Below, piece by piece: positions 21,804-33,337 of a DNA stretch of 64,000 nucleotides. Below the pieces are notes generated by a model. That model was not told the origin of the DNA and searched no databases. It saw only the letters and a list, made by a program, of their open reading frames with translations. Source of the stretch: an uncultured Planctomycetota bacterium (lineage in GTDB: Bacteria; Planctomycetota; Planctomycetia; Isosphaerales; Isosphaeraceae). The stretch lies in assembly GCA_963737655.1 (NCBI GenBank), contig CAVTTN010000002.1, forward strand, positions 4,960,001-5,024,000. The letters run 5' to 3'. The translations under genes and the position numbers were made by a program. Position 1 is the first letter of the stretch. Each line of letters begins with the position of its first letter.

Positions 21804-24800
21804 ATGAATCCGAAGCGATCCAACCCCGTCCCCCGCCCCAGCCGCCGAGACCGCCAGCGCCTCCGTCGCGGCCTCGCCCTCAACTCCGGCCTGCCCTCGC
21901 GGATCGAGGACCTGGAGAGCCGAAGCCTGATGGCCGTCCTGACCTGGACCGGCGCCGCCGAGGTCATGAACTCCTCGTTCAATGGCTTCACCTCCGATTG
22001 CGGGGGCACCACCAACTGGCAGGGCAACGTGGTCCCGGCGGCCGGCGATACCCTGATCTTCCCCCAGGGCGCCGACTACATCGGGACGATCGTCAACGAC
22101 ACCGCGGCCGACACGGCCTACACCCTCCAGTTCTCGGGCGAGGGCTACGACCTCACCGGGAACGACATCGATCTCAACGGCCTGACCGATTCGACCACGC
22201 CGGTCTCGATGACCGGCAACACGATCGAAGCCGGCCTGGCGCTCTCGACCGATCAGACGATCGAGGTCACCCACCTCGGCGAGACCCTGGACATCAAGGG
22301 CGCCATCTCCTCCTCCGACTCCAACTCGCTGACCAAGACCGGCTCGGGCGTCCTGGCGTACACCGGCTGCTCGGTCAACACCTACGGGGCCACCTACGTC
22401 CAGGACGGCGGCCTGCTTCTGAACCGGATGATCGCCGGCGGGTCGATCCCCGGCGACCTGACCGTCGGCGACGGCGAGGGGCTCGCCGGATCGGCCGGGG
22501 TGGACGTCGGCCCGTCGGCGACGGTGGCCCAGTTCGCGACCCTCTCGGCCATCACGGTGAATTCCGACGGCTTGCTCAGCTTCCACTCGTCCCTCAACGA
22601 GTCCCTGGGCGACCTGTCGATCAACGACGGAACGGTCTCGCTCCTCAACGTCAGCTCGACTTCCGGGATCAGCGTCCTGACGACCACGATCGACGGCTCG
22701 AGCAGCCAGATGACCTCCAACGGAGGCAGGCTGACCCTCGGCGGGACGTTCGCGGTGACCTCGGGCTCGCCGGAGATCTCCGCCGACATCGCCCTGAACG
22801 ACGACGCCCGGGTGATCGCGGTCTCGTCCGAGGCGAGCCTGACCCTCTCGGGCATCCTCTCGCCCGGGACCGCCGAGACCGGCGGGATCGAGGCGGTCGG
22901 CCCGGGGACGCTGAGCCTGACCGGGGCCAACAGCTACACCGGGACGACGAAGGTCGATGACGGCACGCTCGCCCTGGCCCACGTCGGAAGCCCGACGATC
23001 CAGGGGCCTCTGGTCATCGGCGACGGCATCGGCGCCGCGAACTCGGCCGTGGTGACCTCTCCCGGAGGCCAGATCGGCAGCGGCCAGTCCCTCTCGATCA
23101 ACTCCGACGGCAAATTCCAGATCCTCGACGGCGGCTCGGAAGACCTCGGCAACCTCACGATGACCGAGGGGACGGTGGAGGTCGGCTCGCTGACCTCGGC
23201 CGAGCTGACGATCGGCTCGCTGACCCTCGGCGGCACCGGATCGAGCATCACGGGAAGCGGGACGCTCTCCCTGGGAGGCGCCGTCAGCGTGACCGGCGGG
23301 TCGTGGACGATCGGCACGAACGTCGCCCTGAATCATAATTCGCGGCTGATCTCGATCGACCCCGAGGCGGCCCTGACGATCTCGGGAGTGGCCTCGGCGG
23401 GCACGGCCGGCGACGGCGGCATCGAGAAGGCCGGCTCCGGCTCGCTGACCCTCACCGGGACGAACACCTACACCGGCACCACTCTTGTCGATGACGGCAC
23501 GCTCGCCCTGGACGACACGGACGGCGCCGCGATCCAGGGGCCGCTGGTCATCGGCGACGGGATCGGCGCGAGCCTCTCGGCCGTCGTCACGACGATCGGC
23601 GACCAGCTCGCCGGGACGCCCGACGTGACGGTCTACGGCGACGGCCTCTTCTCCTTCCTCTCGGCGGCGAGCGAGACGCTCGGCGGCCTGATGATCTCGG
23701 GCGGCGAGGTCGATCTCGGCGCCGGAGGGGAAGCCTCGATCGCCTCCACGGCGATCACGCTCGACGGCACCGGCAGCGCGATCCTCGGCTCCGGGACGGT
23801 GATCCTGAACGGGGCGGTGACCGTCGAGTCCGGCTCGACCTCGATCGCGCCGGCCGTCTCCCTGAACGACAACGCCCGATCGATCTCGGTGGCCTCGGGC
23901 GCGGGCCTGACGATCTCCGGGGTGATCGCGCCCGGGACCGCCGCGATGGGCGGGATCAAGAAGGCCGGCGATGGCACGTTGACCATCTCCGGGACCAATA
24001 CCTACACCGGGACGACGGAGGTCGATGACGGCACGCTCGCCCTGGCCAACTCCATCGGCGCCTCGATCGCGGGGCCTCTGGTGATCGGCGACGGGATCGG
24101 CGCCCCGGATTCGGCGGTCGTCACCACCCTCGGCGACCAGCTCGCCGGCTCCCCCGCCGTGACGGTCAACAGCGACGGCCTGTTCCTGTTCGACTCCAAG
24201 GCGAGCGAGGTCGTCGGCGCCCTGCTGATCCAGGGGGGCACGGTCGATCTCACGAGCGACCCGAGCGACTCGATCACGCCGACCTCGCTGACCTTCGGCA
24301 CCGGCGGGGGCCAGATCCTCGGCGGAGGGCCGACGTACCTGAGCAGCGACCTGAACGTCTCGGCCGGCGCGGTCACCATCTCCGCCGGGCTGGTCCTGAA
24401 CGACGACGCCCGGGTCGTCTCCGTGTCGCCCGGGGCGACGCTGAGCGTCTCCGGCGTGATCTCGGCCGGGACCGCGATCTCCGGCGGGATCGAGAAGACC
24501 GGGGGAGGAACGCTGATCCTCTCCTCCTCGAACACCTTCACCGGCGACGTCCTGGTCGATGACGGCACGCTCGTCCTGGACAGCGAGACCGGCTCCTCGG
24601 TCCTGGGCGACCTGGTCGTCGGCGACGGCCTCGGCGGTTACGAATCGGCCGTGGTCACCAGCACCGGCGGGCAGATCGGCGACCCGCCGACCCTCACCGT
24701 CAACAGCGACGGCTTCTTCGAGGTGCTCCCCGGCGCGACCGAGACCTTCGGCGACGTGACGGTCCACAACGGCGTGATCCAGGTCGATTCGGGGGCGAAC

Positions 24801-27800
24801 CTCTCGTTCCCGACCGGCACCCTGGACCTCTACGGGGGCACGATCACCGGCGCGGGGAGCATCAACCCGGGCCTGGTCATCAACAGCTACGCCACGGGCG
24901 GGCTCGCCTCGATCACCGTCTCGACGATCAACCAGACCTACAACCAGGCGGTCGACTACAACGTCGAGTACGACGGCCCCGGCTACGCCCAACTGACCGT
25001 CACCTCGACGATCTACGGAGTCGGCCTGACCAAGACCGGCGAGGGGAACCTGTCCCTCGACGGCACGAGCTACTACTACGGGACGACCGACATCCTCGAA
25101 GGCTCCGTGTACGTCGATGGCTCGATCGCCAGCTCGTACGTCCTCCTGGACGGCGGGGGCCTCCTGGGCACCGGCCAGGTGGGACAGGTCGGCTCCGAAG
25201 GAGAAGGCGGCTATCTCCATCCCGGCGACGACCTCGGCACGTTGAGCTCGTACAGCGTCTCGCTCGACCCCACGATCGATTTCGCCGTCGATCTCCGGAG
25301 CCCGAGGAGGGGCAGTTCAGCCAGCTCTCGGTGGCCGGGACGGTCCAGCTCAACGACGCCACCCTCGACGTGTACTTCCCCGAGACGCCCCCGATCGGGT
25401 CAACCTTCACGGTGATCGAGAACGACGGGTCCGACCCGATCCTCGGCGAGTTCAACAACGTCCCCCAGACGCCCAAGGGCGTGGTCCTGAACCTGGACGG
25501 CGACCCGGATTACTATGGGGGCCAGAGGCTCCTGGCCAACTACAATGGCGGGGACGGCAACGACTTCACGCTGACCGTGGTGGCCCCGGCGATCGCCAAG
25601 GACGAGACCGAGTCCCTGGCCGAGAACTCGGGCCAGCCCGGGAGCGTCCCGAGCTCGCCGCCGACGTTCTTCGTCTCGGCCCCCGGCGTCCTGGCCAACG
25701 ACGTCGATCGCAATGACCTGCCCCTCCGCGCCAGCTCGTGACCGGCCCGCTGCACGGGACGCTCACGCTCAACGGAGACGGCTCGTACACCTACGTCCCG
25801 GCCCTGGGCTACACCGGCACGGACAGCTTCACCTACTTCGCCGCCGACGCCCTGTTCCACTCGACCGACCCGAACGCCGCCCAGGCCGACGCCAGCGCCT
25901 TCGGCACCGTCACGTTCTTCATCAACGCCACCGCCAACAGCCCGGTGGCCAGCGACGACTCCGCCACCGCCCAGGAGAACCAGCCGTTCCTCTCCGAATT
26001 CCCGGGCGTCCTGAGTAACGACTTCAGCCCCCAGGGCCTGCCGATGACGGCCAGCCTCGTGGCCAACGCCACTCACGGCTCCGTCTCGCTGGACCCGGAC
26101 GGCACCTATGTCTACTTCCCCTCGCCCAATTACACCGGGTCCGACTCGTTCACCTATGTCGCCGTGGACAGCAACGGCTACTCCAGCCCGGTGGCCACGG
26201 TCCACCTCGTCGTGATGCCCGTGGATCAGCCGCCGACGGCCTCCGACGTGAGCTTCTCGACCAACGAGGACGCCCCGCTGAACGTCGCCGGTCCCGGCCT
26301 CCTGGCCTTCGCGACCGACCCCGACACCGCCGTCAGCGACCTCCGGGCGTTCGTGGTCAACAACCCGTCTCACGGCTCGGTCACCCTGAATCCCGACGGC
26401 TCGTTCTCGTACCAGCCGGACCCGCTGTTCCAGGGCACGGACAGCTTCTCCTACCGGGTCTTCGACGGCACCCTGTACAGCGACGTGGCCACGGCCTTCG
26501 TTTCGGTCAACTTCGTCGATCACGCCCCGACGGCCCGCGACGACGCCTACGTGTCCTCCGAGGACTCCTCGCTCTCGATCCCGGCCGGATCGGGCGTCCT
26601 GGCCAACGACTCCGACCCGGACAACAACCAGTTCGCCGAGGGCGTCCAGACCCTCTCGACGATCCTCGTCGATCAGCCGCTCCACGGGACCGTCTTCCTC
26701 AACTCCGACGGCTCGTTCGATTACTTCCCCAACGACCCGCTCTATCACGGGCTGGACTCGTTCAGCTACCGGGCGACCGACGGCACGCTCTCCAGCAACC
26801 TGGCCACGGTCACGATCGCGATCAACTCGGTCGATCACGCCCCGATCGCCTTGCCCGACTCGTTCACGACGAACGAGGACGCCCCGCTCGTGGTCGCCTC
26901 GCCCGGCGTCCTGGGCAATGACTTCGACCCCGACAACACGCCGGACGCCCCCGACGCCCAGACCCTCAGCGCCTTCCTCGTGGACGGCCCGAGGCACGGG
27001 ACCGTCTCTCTGAACTCCGACGGCTCGTTCACTTACATCCCGGACGCCCACTACTACGGCCCGGACCGCTTCACGTACCAGGTCTCCGACGGCCAGACCC
27101 TCAGCGACGTGACCATCGCCAACCTGTTCGTCAACTTCGTCCCGACCGCGCCGACGGCCTCCCCGATCGCCTTCACCGGCGTCGAGGACTCGACGATGAC
27201 CGTCCTGGCCCCGGGCGTCCTGCTGACCGACTCCAACCCCGACGGCGACCTGCCGACGATCGTCGTGGACGACGCCCCCCAGCACGGCGAGCTCGTCCTC
27301 TTCCCCGACGGCTCGTTCACCTACGCCCCGGCGGCCAATTACAACGGCCCGGACAGCTTCACCTATCACCTCGTGAGCGCCTCCGGCCTGACCAGCGCCC
27401 CGGCCACGGTCTCCCTGAGCCTGATGGCCGTCCCCGATGCCCCGGTCGGCACCCCGGACTCGTACTCGACCAACGAAGGCTCGCCGATCACCGTCGGCGC
27501 CGGCGGCGTCCTGGTCAATGACGTGAACGTGGACGGCGACACGCTCCGGGCCGAACTCGTCTCCGCCCCGGCTCACGGGACGGTCTCGCTGAACCCCGAC
27601 GGGACGTTCACCTACACCCCGGCGGCATACTTCCACGGGACCGACACGTTCTCCTACGTGCCGGTGAACACCACGCTCTCCGGCTCGCCCACCGTGGTCA
27701 GCCTGACGGTCAATTTCGTGCCGACCGCGCCGACGGCCGCGCCCGACAGCTTCTCGACCAACGAGGACTCGTCGCTGACGGTCTCCGCCCCCGGCATCCT

Positions 27801-30800
27801 CGTCAACGACGCCTTCCCCGACGGGCCGCCGACGATCTCCGTCGACAACGGCCCGGCCCACGGCGTCCTGAATCTCTCCGACGACGGCTCGTTCACCTAC
27901 GTCCCGGCGGCCAACTACAACGGCCCGGACAGCTTCACCTACCACCTCGCCAACGACTCGGGGATGACCAGCGCCTCGGTCACGGTCTCCCTGACCGTCG
28001 TGCCCGTCCCCGACGCCCCGATCGGCACCCCGGACTCGTACTCGACCACCGAGGGCTCGCCGATCACCGTCGGCGCCGGCGGCGTCCTGGTCAATGACGT
28101 GAACGTGGACGGCGACGCCCTCCACGCCGAGCTGGTCGCCGCCCCGACTCACGGGACGGTGGTCCTCAACGCCGACGGCTCGTTCACCTACACCCCGGCG
28201 GCCCACTACAACGGCCCGGACAGCTTCACCTACGTGCCGGTGAATACCTCCCTCTCCGGCTCGCCCACCGTCGTCAACCTGACCGTCAGCCCGGTCCCGA
28301 CCGCGCCGACGGCCGCCCCGGACAGCTTCACGACCAACGAGGACTCGCCGCTGACGGTCTCCGCCCCCGGCATCCTCGTCAACGACGCCTTCCCCGACGG
28401 GCCGCCGACGATCTCCGTCGACAACGGCCCGGCCCACGGCGTCCTGAATCTGTCCGACGACGGCTCGTTCACCTACGTCCCGGCGGCCAACTACAACGGC
28501 CCGGACAGCTTCACCTATCACCTCGCCAACGACTCGGGGATGACCAGCACCTCGGTCACGGTCTCCCTGACCGTCGTGCCCGTCGCCGACGCCCCGGTCG
28601 CCGTCGATGACTCCTATTCCACGAACGAGAACGCCTCGCTGACGGTCAACGCCTCGGGCGTCCTGACCAACGACGTGAACGTGGACGGCGACACGCTCCA
28701 CGCCGAGCTGGTCTCCGCCCCGGCACACGGGACGGTCTCGCTGAACTCCGACGGGACGTTCACCTACACCCCGGCGGCGTACTTCCACGGGACCGACACG
28801 TTCACGTACAACGCCGTGAACACCTCGAAGCGAGGCGTCCTCCCGGCGACGGTCACGATCACCGTGAACCCGGTCCCGGTCCCGCCGACGGCCGTGAATG
28901 ACGCCTTCACCCTGAAGGAAGACCAGACCCTCACCATCGCCGGCCCCGGCATCCTCCTGAACGACGCCAACCCCGACGGCGGGACGCCCACGATCACCGT
29001 CGTGAACGGGACGCAGGACGGCACCTTGACGGTCTCTCCGTCGGGCGGGATCACCTACGTCCCGTCGGCGAACTTCAACGGGTCGGACAGCTTCACGTAT
29101 TACCTGACGAACCTCGCCGGCCAGAACAGCGGGACGGCCACCGTCTCGCTGACGATCACGCCGGTCCCCGACGCCCCGGTGGCCGTCGCCGACGCCTTCA
29201 CGACGAACGAGGGGTCGCCTCTCGTCGTGAGCCACAACGGCGTCCTCCGCAACGACACGAACGTGGACGGCGACGCCCTCCACGCCGAGCTCGCCGACGC
29301 CCCGAGCCACGGCTCCGTGGCCCTCAACGCCGACGGGACGTTCACCTACACGCCGGACCTCCACTTCTTCGGGACCGACTCGTTCACCTACAACGCGGTG
29401 AACACGTCCCTGAGCAGCGTCAGCCCGGCGACCGTGACCATCACCGTCCGCCCGGTGCCCACCGCGCCGACGGCGGCCGACGATCACTTCTCCCTCCTGG
29501 AGGACCAGACGCTCTCGGTGCCCGCGCCGGGCCTCCTCCTGAACGACACCAACCCCGACGGCGGGACGCCGAAGATCACGATCGACAACGCCCCGCTCCA
29601 CGGCGGCCTCTCGGCCAACGCCGACGGCTCGTTCACCTACGTCCCGATGCCGAACTACAACGGCCCGGACAGCTTCCAGTATCACCTGACCAGCGCCGCC
29701 GGCCTGACCAGCGCCCCGGCGACGGTCTCCCTGACCGTGGTCTCGGTCGCCGACGCCCCGGTGGCGATCAATGACGCCTATTCGACCAACGAGAACTCGC
29801 CGCTCGTGGTCAGCGAGTCGGGCGTGTTCCAGAACGACGTGAACGTCGATGGCGACACGCTCCACGCCCAGCTCGTGGACGCCCCGAGCCACGGCAGCGT
29901 CTCGCTGAACGCCGACGGGACGTTCAGCTACACCCCGGCCCCGAACTTCCACGGGACCGACTCGTTCACCTACCTCGCCGTGAACACCTCGCTGGCCAGC
30001 GCCTCCCCGGCGACGGTCACGATCACGGTCCGCCCGGTCAACCAGGCCCCGGTGGCCATCGCCGACGCCTTCAACACCGACGAGAACCGGACGCTGACGA
30101 TCCCCGCCCCGGGGATCCTCGGCAACGATTCGGACGCCGAAGGGCCGGACATCACGGCCGTCCTGATCAACACCACCCAGCACGGGACGCTCTCGCTGCA
30201 CCCCGACGGCTCGTTCGTGTACGTGCCCGGGGCCGGCTTCTCGGGCGTGGATACGTTCACCTATCGGGCGTCCGACGGCCAGCTCTCCAGCCCGCCGACG
30301 ACCGTCACGATCAACGTCGGGGCGATCGCGGCCACCACCGTGGCGCTCGACCCCGCCAGCGACACCGGGGTCTCCAGCACCGACCGGATCACCAACGACA
30401 AGACGCCGACGTTCCTCGGGACGACGGCGGCCGGGGTCACGGTGAAGCTGTTCGCCCAGCCCCTCGGCTCGACGGCCGCCCCGACGCTCGTCGGCACGAC
30501 CACGGCCGACGACTACGGCAACTACCGGGTCACCTCCAACCCCCTGGCCGACGGCCAGTACGCCTTCGTCGTCGCGACGTTCCGGCCCGACGGCCTGCCC
30601 ACCGGGGCCTCGATCGCCGGAGGCACGTTGATGATCGACACGGTCGCGCCGACGCTCCAGAGCACCAGCTCGACCCGAAGACCGGCCAGGTCTACCTGGT
30701 CTTCAGCGACGGGGCCTCCGGGATGTCCGAGACGAGCATGGGCACCGTGACCAACTACGCCTTCGCCAAGCTCTTCACGAATTCCCCGAGGGCGTTCGCC

Positions 30801-31277
30801 GTCAACAGCGCCACCTGCCTGAACACCGGGGCGCCCGGATCTCCGCAGACGGTGGTGCTGAACGTCTTCAAGGGCCACGGCCTGAAGAAGGGCAAGTACC
30901 TCCTCGGCGTGATCTCCGGCGGGATCACCGACATGGCCGGCAACGCCATGAACGGGGCCCTGGTCAGCGGGTTCCCGACCGGCACCGGCACCTCGGGCAC
31001 CGGCTTCTCGGCCGAGTTCGTGAACAACGGCCACGACATCTCCACCGCCGTGCAGACCGGCCAGTTCGTGCCGGTCGTCTCGGCCCAGCCGGGCAAGGCG
31101 CCGACGATCAGCTACACCACGGCGACCTCGCCGACGGCCCTCCCCTCCGGCCCTCTCTCGCAGAGCGGCAAGAAGAAGGGCCACCACGCCAAGCCCGCCG
31201 CGGTCTCGGCCCAGTCCGTGACCTCCCCGGCCCTCCACAAGCTCTCGATCGCCCACCGGGCCCGCAAGGCCCATTGA
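21804..31277 (+). CDS. Giant surface adhesin: planctomycete leader, 6 autotransporter-associated beta-strand motifs, 16 tandem-95/Ig-like repeats, an Ig-like domain and a basic tail (split into 4 ORFs by 3 frameshifts)
   Basis: LESRSLMA leader; xxKxGxGTLxLxGxNTYTGxTxVDDGTL motifs; APxAxxDxxxTxEDxxL...HGTxxLNxDGSFTY repeats; DTGVSSTDRITND domain. Domains continue across frame changes near 25300, 25732 and 30666. Confidence 0.85.
27142..28900 (+). repeat. About 576-bp intragenic tandem duplication (pairs of Ig-like repeats)
   Basis: 27721.. and 28297.. are nearly identical at DNA level; antisense shadow ORFs 27654 and 28230 are offset by exactly 576. Confidence 0.85.
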
Positions 31278-31310
31278 TCGATCGCCGGGCGAAGCCCGTG
31301 GAAACCGCGA

Positions 31311-31348
31311 GAGGCCCCGCGTCGCCCACCAGGCGGCGCGGGGCCTTC
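31311..31348. terminator. Hairpin between the convergent adhesin and RluA-family genes
   Basis: GAGGCCCCGCGTCGCC-cacca-GGCGGCGCGGGGCCTTC. Confidence 0.65.
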
Positions 31349-31359
31349 CTCGTTCGCGA

Positions 31360-32025
31360 TCAAATCACGATCCCCGAAGCGGCCCACGACGCCGGCAACG
31401 GCGCCTCGACGCTCAGGGCCTCGTCCCGGATCGGGTGGCGGAACCCCAGCGATCGCGCATGGAGGGCGATCCCCTCGGGGAAGCCCACGGTCGATCCATA
31501 CGCCGAATCGCCCAGGATCGGCGCCCCTCGCGAGGCCGATTGGACCCGCAATTGATGGGTCCGGCCGGTCTCGGGGAGGAGCCGGAGGAGGCTCGTCCGT
31601 TCGGGGAGGGACGACGCCTCGACCCTCTCGAACCGGGTGAAGGCCCGGCGGGCCCGGGGCGTCCCGGCCCGGCAGACCTGGACCCGGCCCAGCCCGGTGT
31701 CCTCCTCGTACAGCCAGTCTTCCCATTCGCCCCGATCGATGGGAAGCTCGCCCGAGACGGCCGCGAGGTATTGCTTGCGGACGCTTCGCGAGGCGAATTG
31801 TTCGGCCATCCTCCGGGCCGCCTTGGGCGTCTTCGCCCAGAGCAGGACGCCCGAGACCGGCGAATCGAGCCGATGGACCGTCCCGAGATACGCCGGGGGC
31901 GCCCCGTCCCGGTCGAGATACGCCCGGACCTGCATCTCGGCCGAGCCGGGCCGCCCCTGGGTGGCGGTCCCGGCCGGCTTGTCGATGGCCAGCAAGTGGG
32001 CGTCTTCGAAGAGGATCGAGAGCAT
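31360..32025 (-). CDS. RluA-family pseudouridine synthase
   Basis: IDKPAG, VHRLD, TGRTHQLRVQ and ALHA motifs. Confidence 0.93.
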   Translation of the reverse strand: MLSILFEDAHLLAIDKPAGTATQGRPGSAEMQVRAYLDRDGAPPAYLGTVHRLDSPVSGVLLWAKTPKAARRMAEQFASRSVRKQYLAAVSGELPIDRGEWEDWLYEEDTGLGRVQVCRAGTPRARRAFTRFERVEASSLPERTSLLRLLPETGRTHQLRVQSASRGAPILGDSAYGSTVGFPEGIALHARSLGFRHPIRDEALSVEAPLPASWAASGIVI

Positions 32026-32038
32026 CGCGGACCGAGGA

Positions 32039-32422
32039 TCAGAGGGGCGGATTGGCCCCGGTCATGTCGGCCGGTCCGGCCGAGGGCGCTCCTCCGCCGA
32101 AGCTGGGGACGCCGCCCGCGCCGCCGGCCGAGACGCCGCCGCCGTCGGCCGGCGCGCCGGACGGCATCCCGCCCGGGTCTCTTCCGCCCGGCGCATAGTT
32201 GCCGAGAGGTCCGTAGGGCGAGGCCCCCACCGGGCCCGTCGGCGACGCCGGACCGATCGTGCTGGTGTGGCCGCCGGAGCCGAACGCGGCCGGTCGGGCC
32301 TCGCTCGCCCCCGGGGGCTCGGGCGGGATCTCCCGACGCGTCATCAGGCTCTTGCAGCCGGTCGTCGAGATCAGCAAACCGAGCCCGCAAGCCGCCAGTT
32401 TCCAGCCGTTGCGCCGATCCAT
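32039..32422 (-). CDS. Hypothetical Gly/Pro-rich lipoprotein
   Basis: MDRRNGWKLAACGLGLLISTTGC (lipobox-like) followed by a low-complexity body. Confidence 0.6.
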   Translation of the reverse strand: MDRRNGWKLAACGLGLLISTTGCKSLMTRREIPPEPPGASEARPAAFGSGGHTSTIGPASPTGPVGASPYGPLGNYAPGGRDPGGMPSGAPADGGGVSAGGAGGVPSFGGGAPSAGPADMTGANPPL

Positions 32423-32543
32423 CGGCAGGGCCTCCGTGTCCGTGGAGTCGAGGGATTGCGATCCCCCGGCGCCCGTCCTGGGGCCGAGGGAGACGAGTCG
32501 AGAGGGGAAGTTCGCGGGCATCCTAGCGATTTCCCCCGGGGCG

Positions 32544-33161
32544 TCAACCCTTCGCGGCCTGGTACCGCCTGGTGACCTCGTCCCAGTTCACCACGTTCCA
32601 GAACGCGGCGATGTAGTCCGGCCTCTTGTTCTGGTAGTCGAGGTAATAGGCATGTTCCCACACGTCGAGGCCCAGGATCGGCGTGCCCGAGCCGTCCATC
32701 AACGGGCTGTCCTGGTTCGGCGTCGAGGTCACGGCCAGCTTGCCGCCCTTCACGACCAGCCACGCCCAGCCCGAGCCGAACCGCCCGGCCGCCGCCTTCG
32801 AGAACGCGTCCTTGAACGCGGAGAACCCGCCGAGGTCCGCCGCGATCGCCTCGCCGATCGCCCCGGTCGGCTCGCCCCCGCCGCCCGGCTTCATCACGGT
32901 CCAGAACAGCGAGTGATTGGCATGCCCGCCCGCGTTGTTGCGGACGACCGTGCGGATCGACTCGGGGACCTGGTCCAGGTGCTGGATCAGCTGCTCGACC
33001 GGCTGCTCCTGCAACTGGGGATGGTCCTTCAGCGCGTTGTTGGCGTTGGTGATGTACGCCTGATGATGCTTGTCGTGATGGATCTCCATCGTCTTCGGGC
33101 CGATGTGAGGCTCCAGGGCCTCCTTCGGGTACGGAAGGGGGGGCAGGGTGTACTCGGGCAC
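32544..33161 (-). CDS. sodA: Mn/Fe superoxide dismutase
   Basis: [26 protein letters not shown] and DVWEHAYY; the GGH and QD residues favour the Mn type. Confidence 0.93.
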   Translation of the reverse strand: MPEYTLPPLPYPKEALEPHIGPKTMEIHHDKHHQAYITNANNALKDHPQLQEQPVEQLIQHLDQVPESIRTVVRNNAGGHANHSLFWTVMKPGGGGEPTGAIGEAIAADLGGFSAFKDAFSKAAAGRFGSGWAWLVVKGGKLAVTSTPNQDSPLMDGSGTPILGLDVWEHAYYLDYQNKRPDYIAAFWNVVNWDEVTRRYQAAKG

Positions 33162-33337
33162 GGAAGTCGTCTCCTGGATGCTCTCGATGGGTCGGTCGCG
33201 ACCGTCGCCAGGTTACCACAGCCTCCCCGGGCCGAACCACCACCCAATCCCCGCCCGACCGTCCCCCGATTCCCCTCCCGGGCCCCTTCCTGATACGATG
33301 CAGGCGACCCCCTCCCGCACTCCGGGCACCGCCACCG

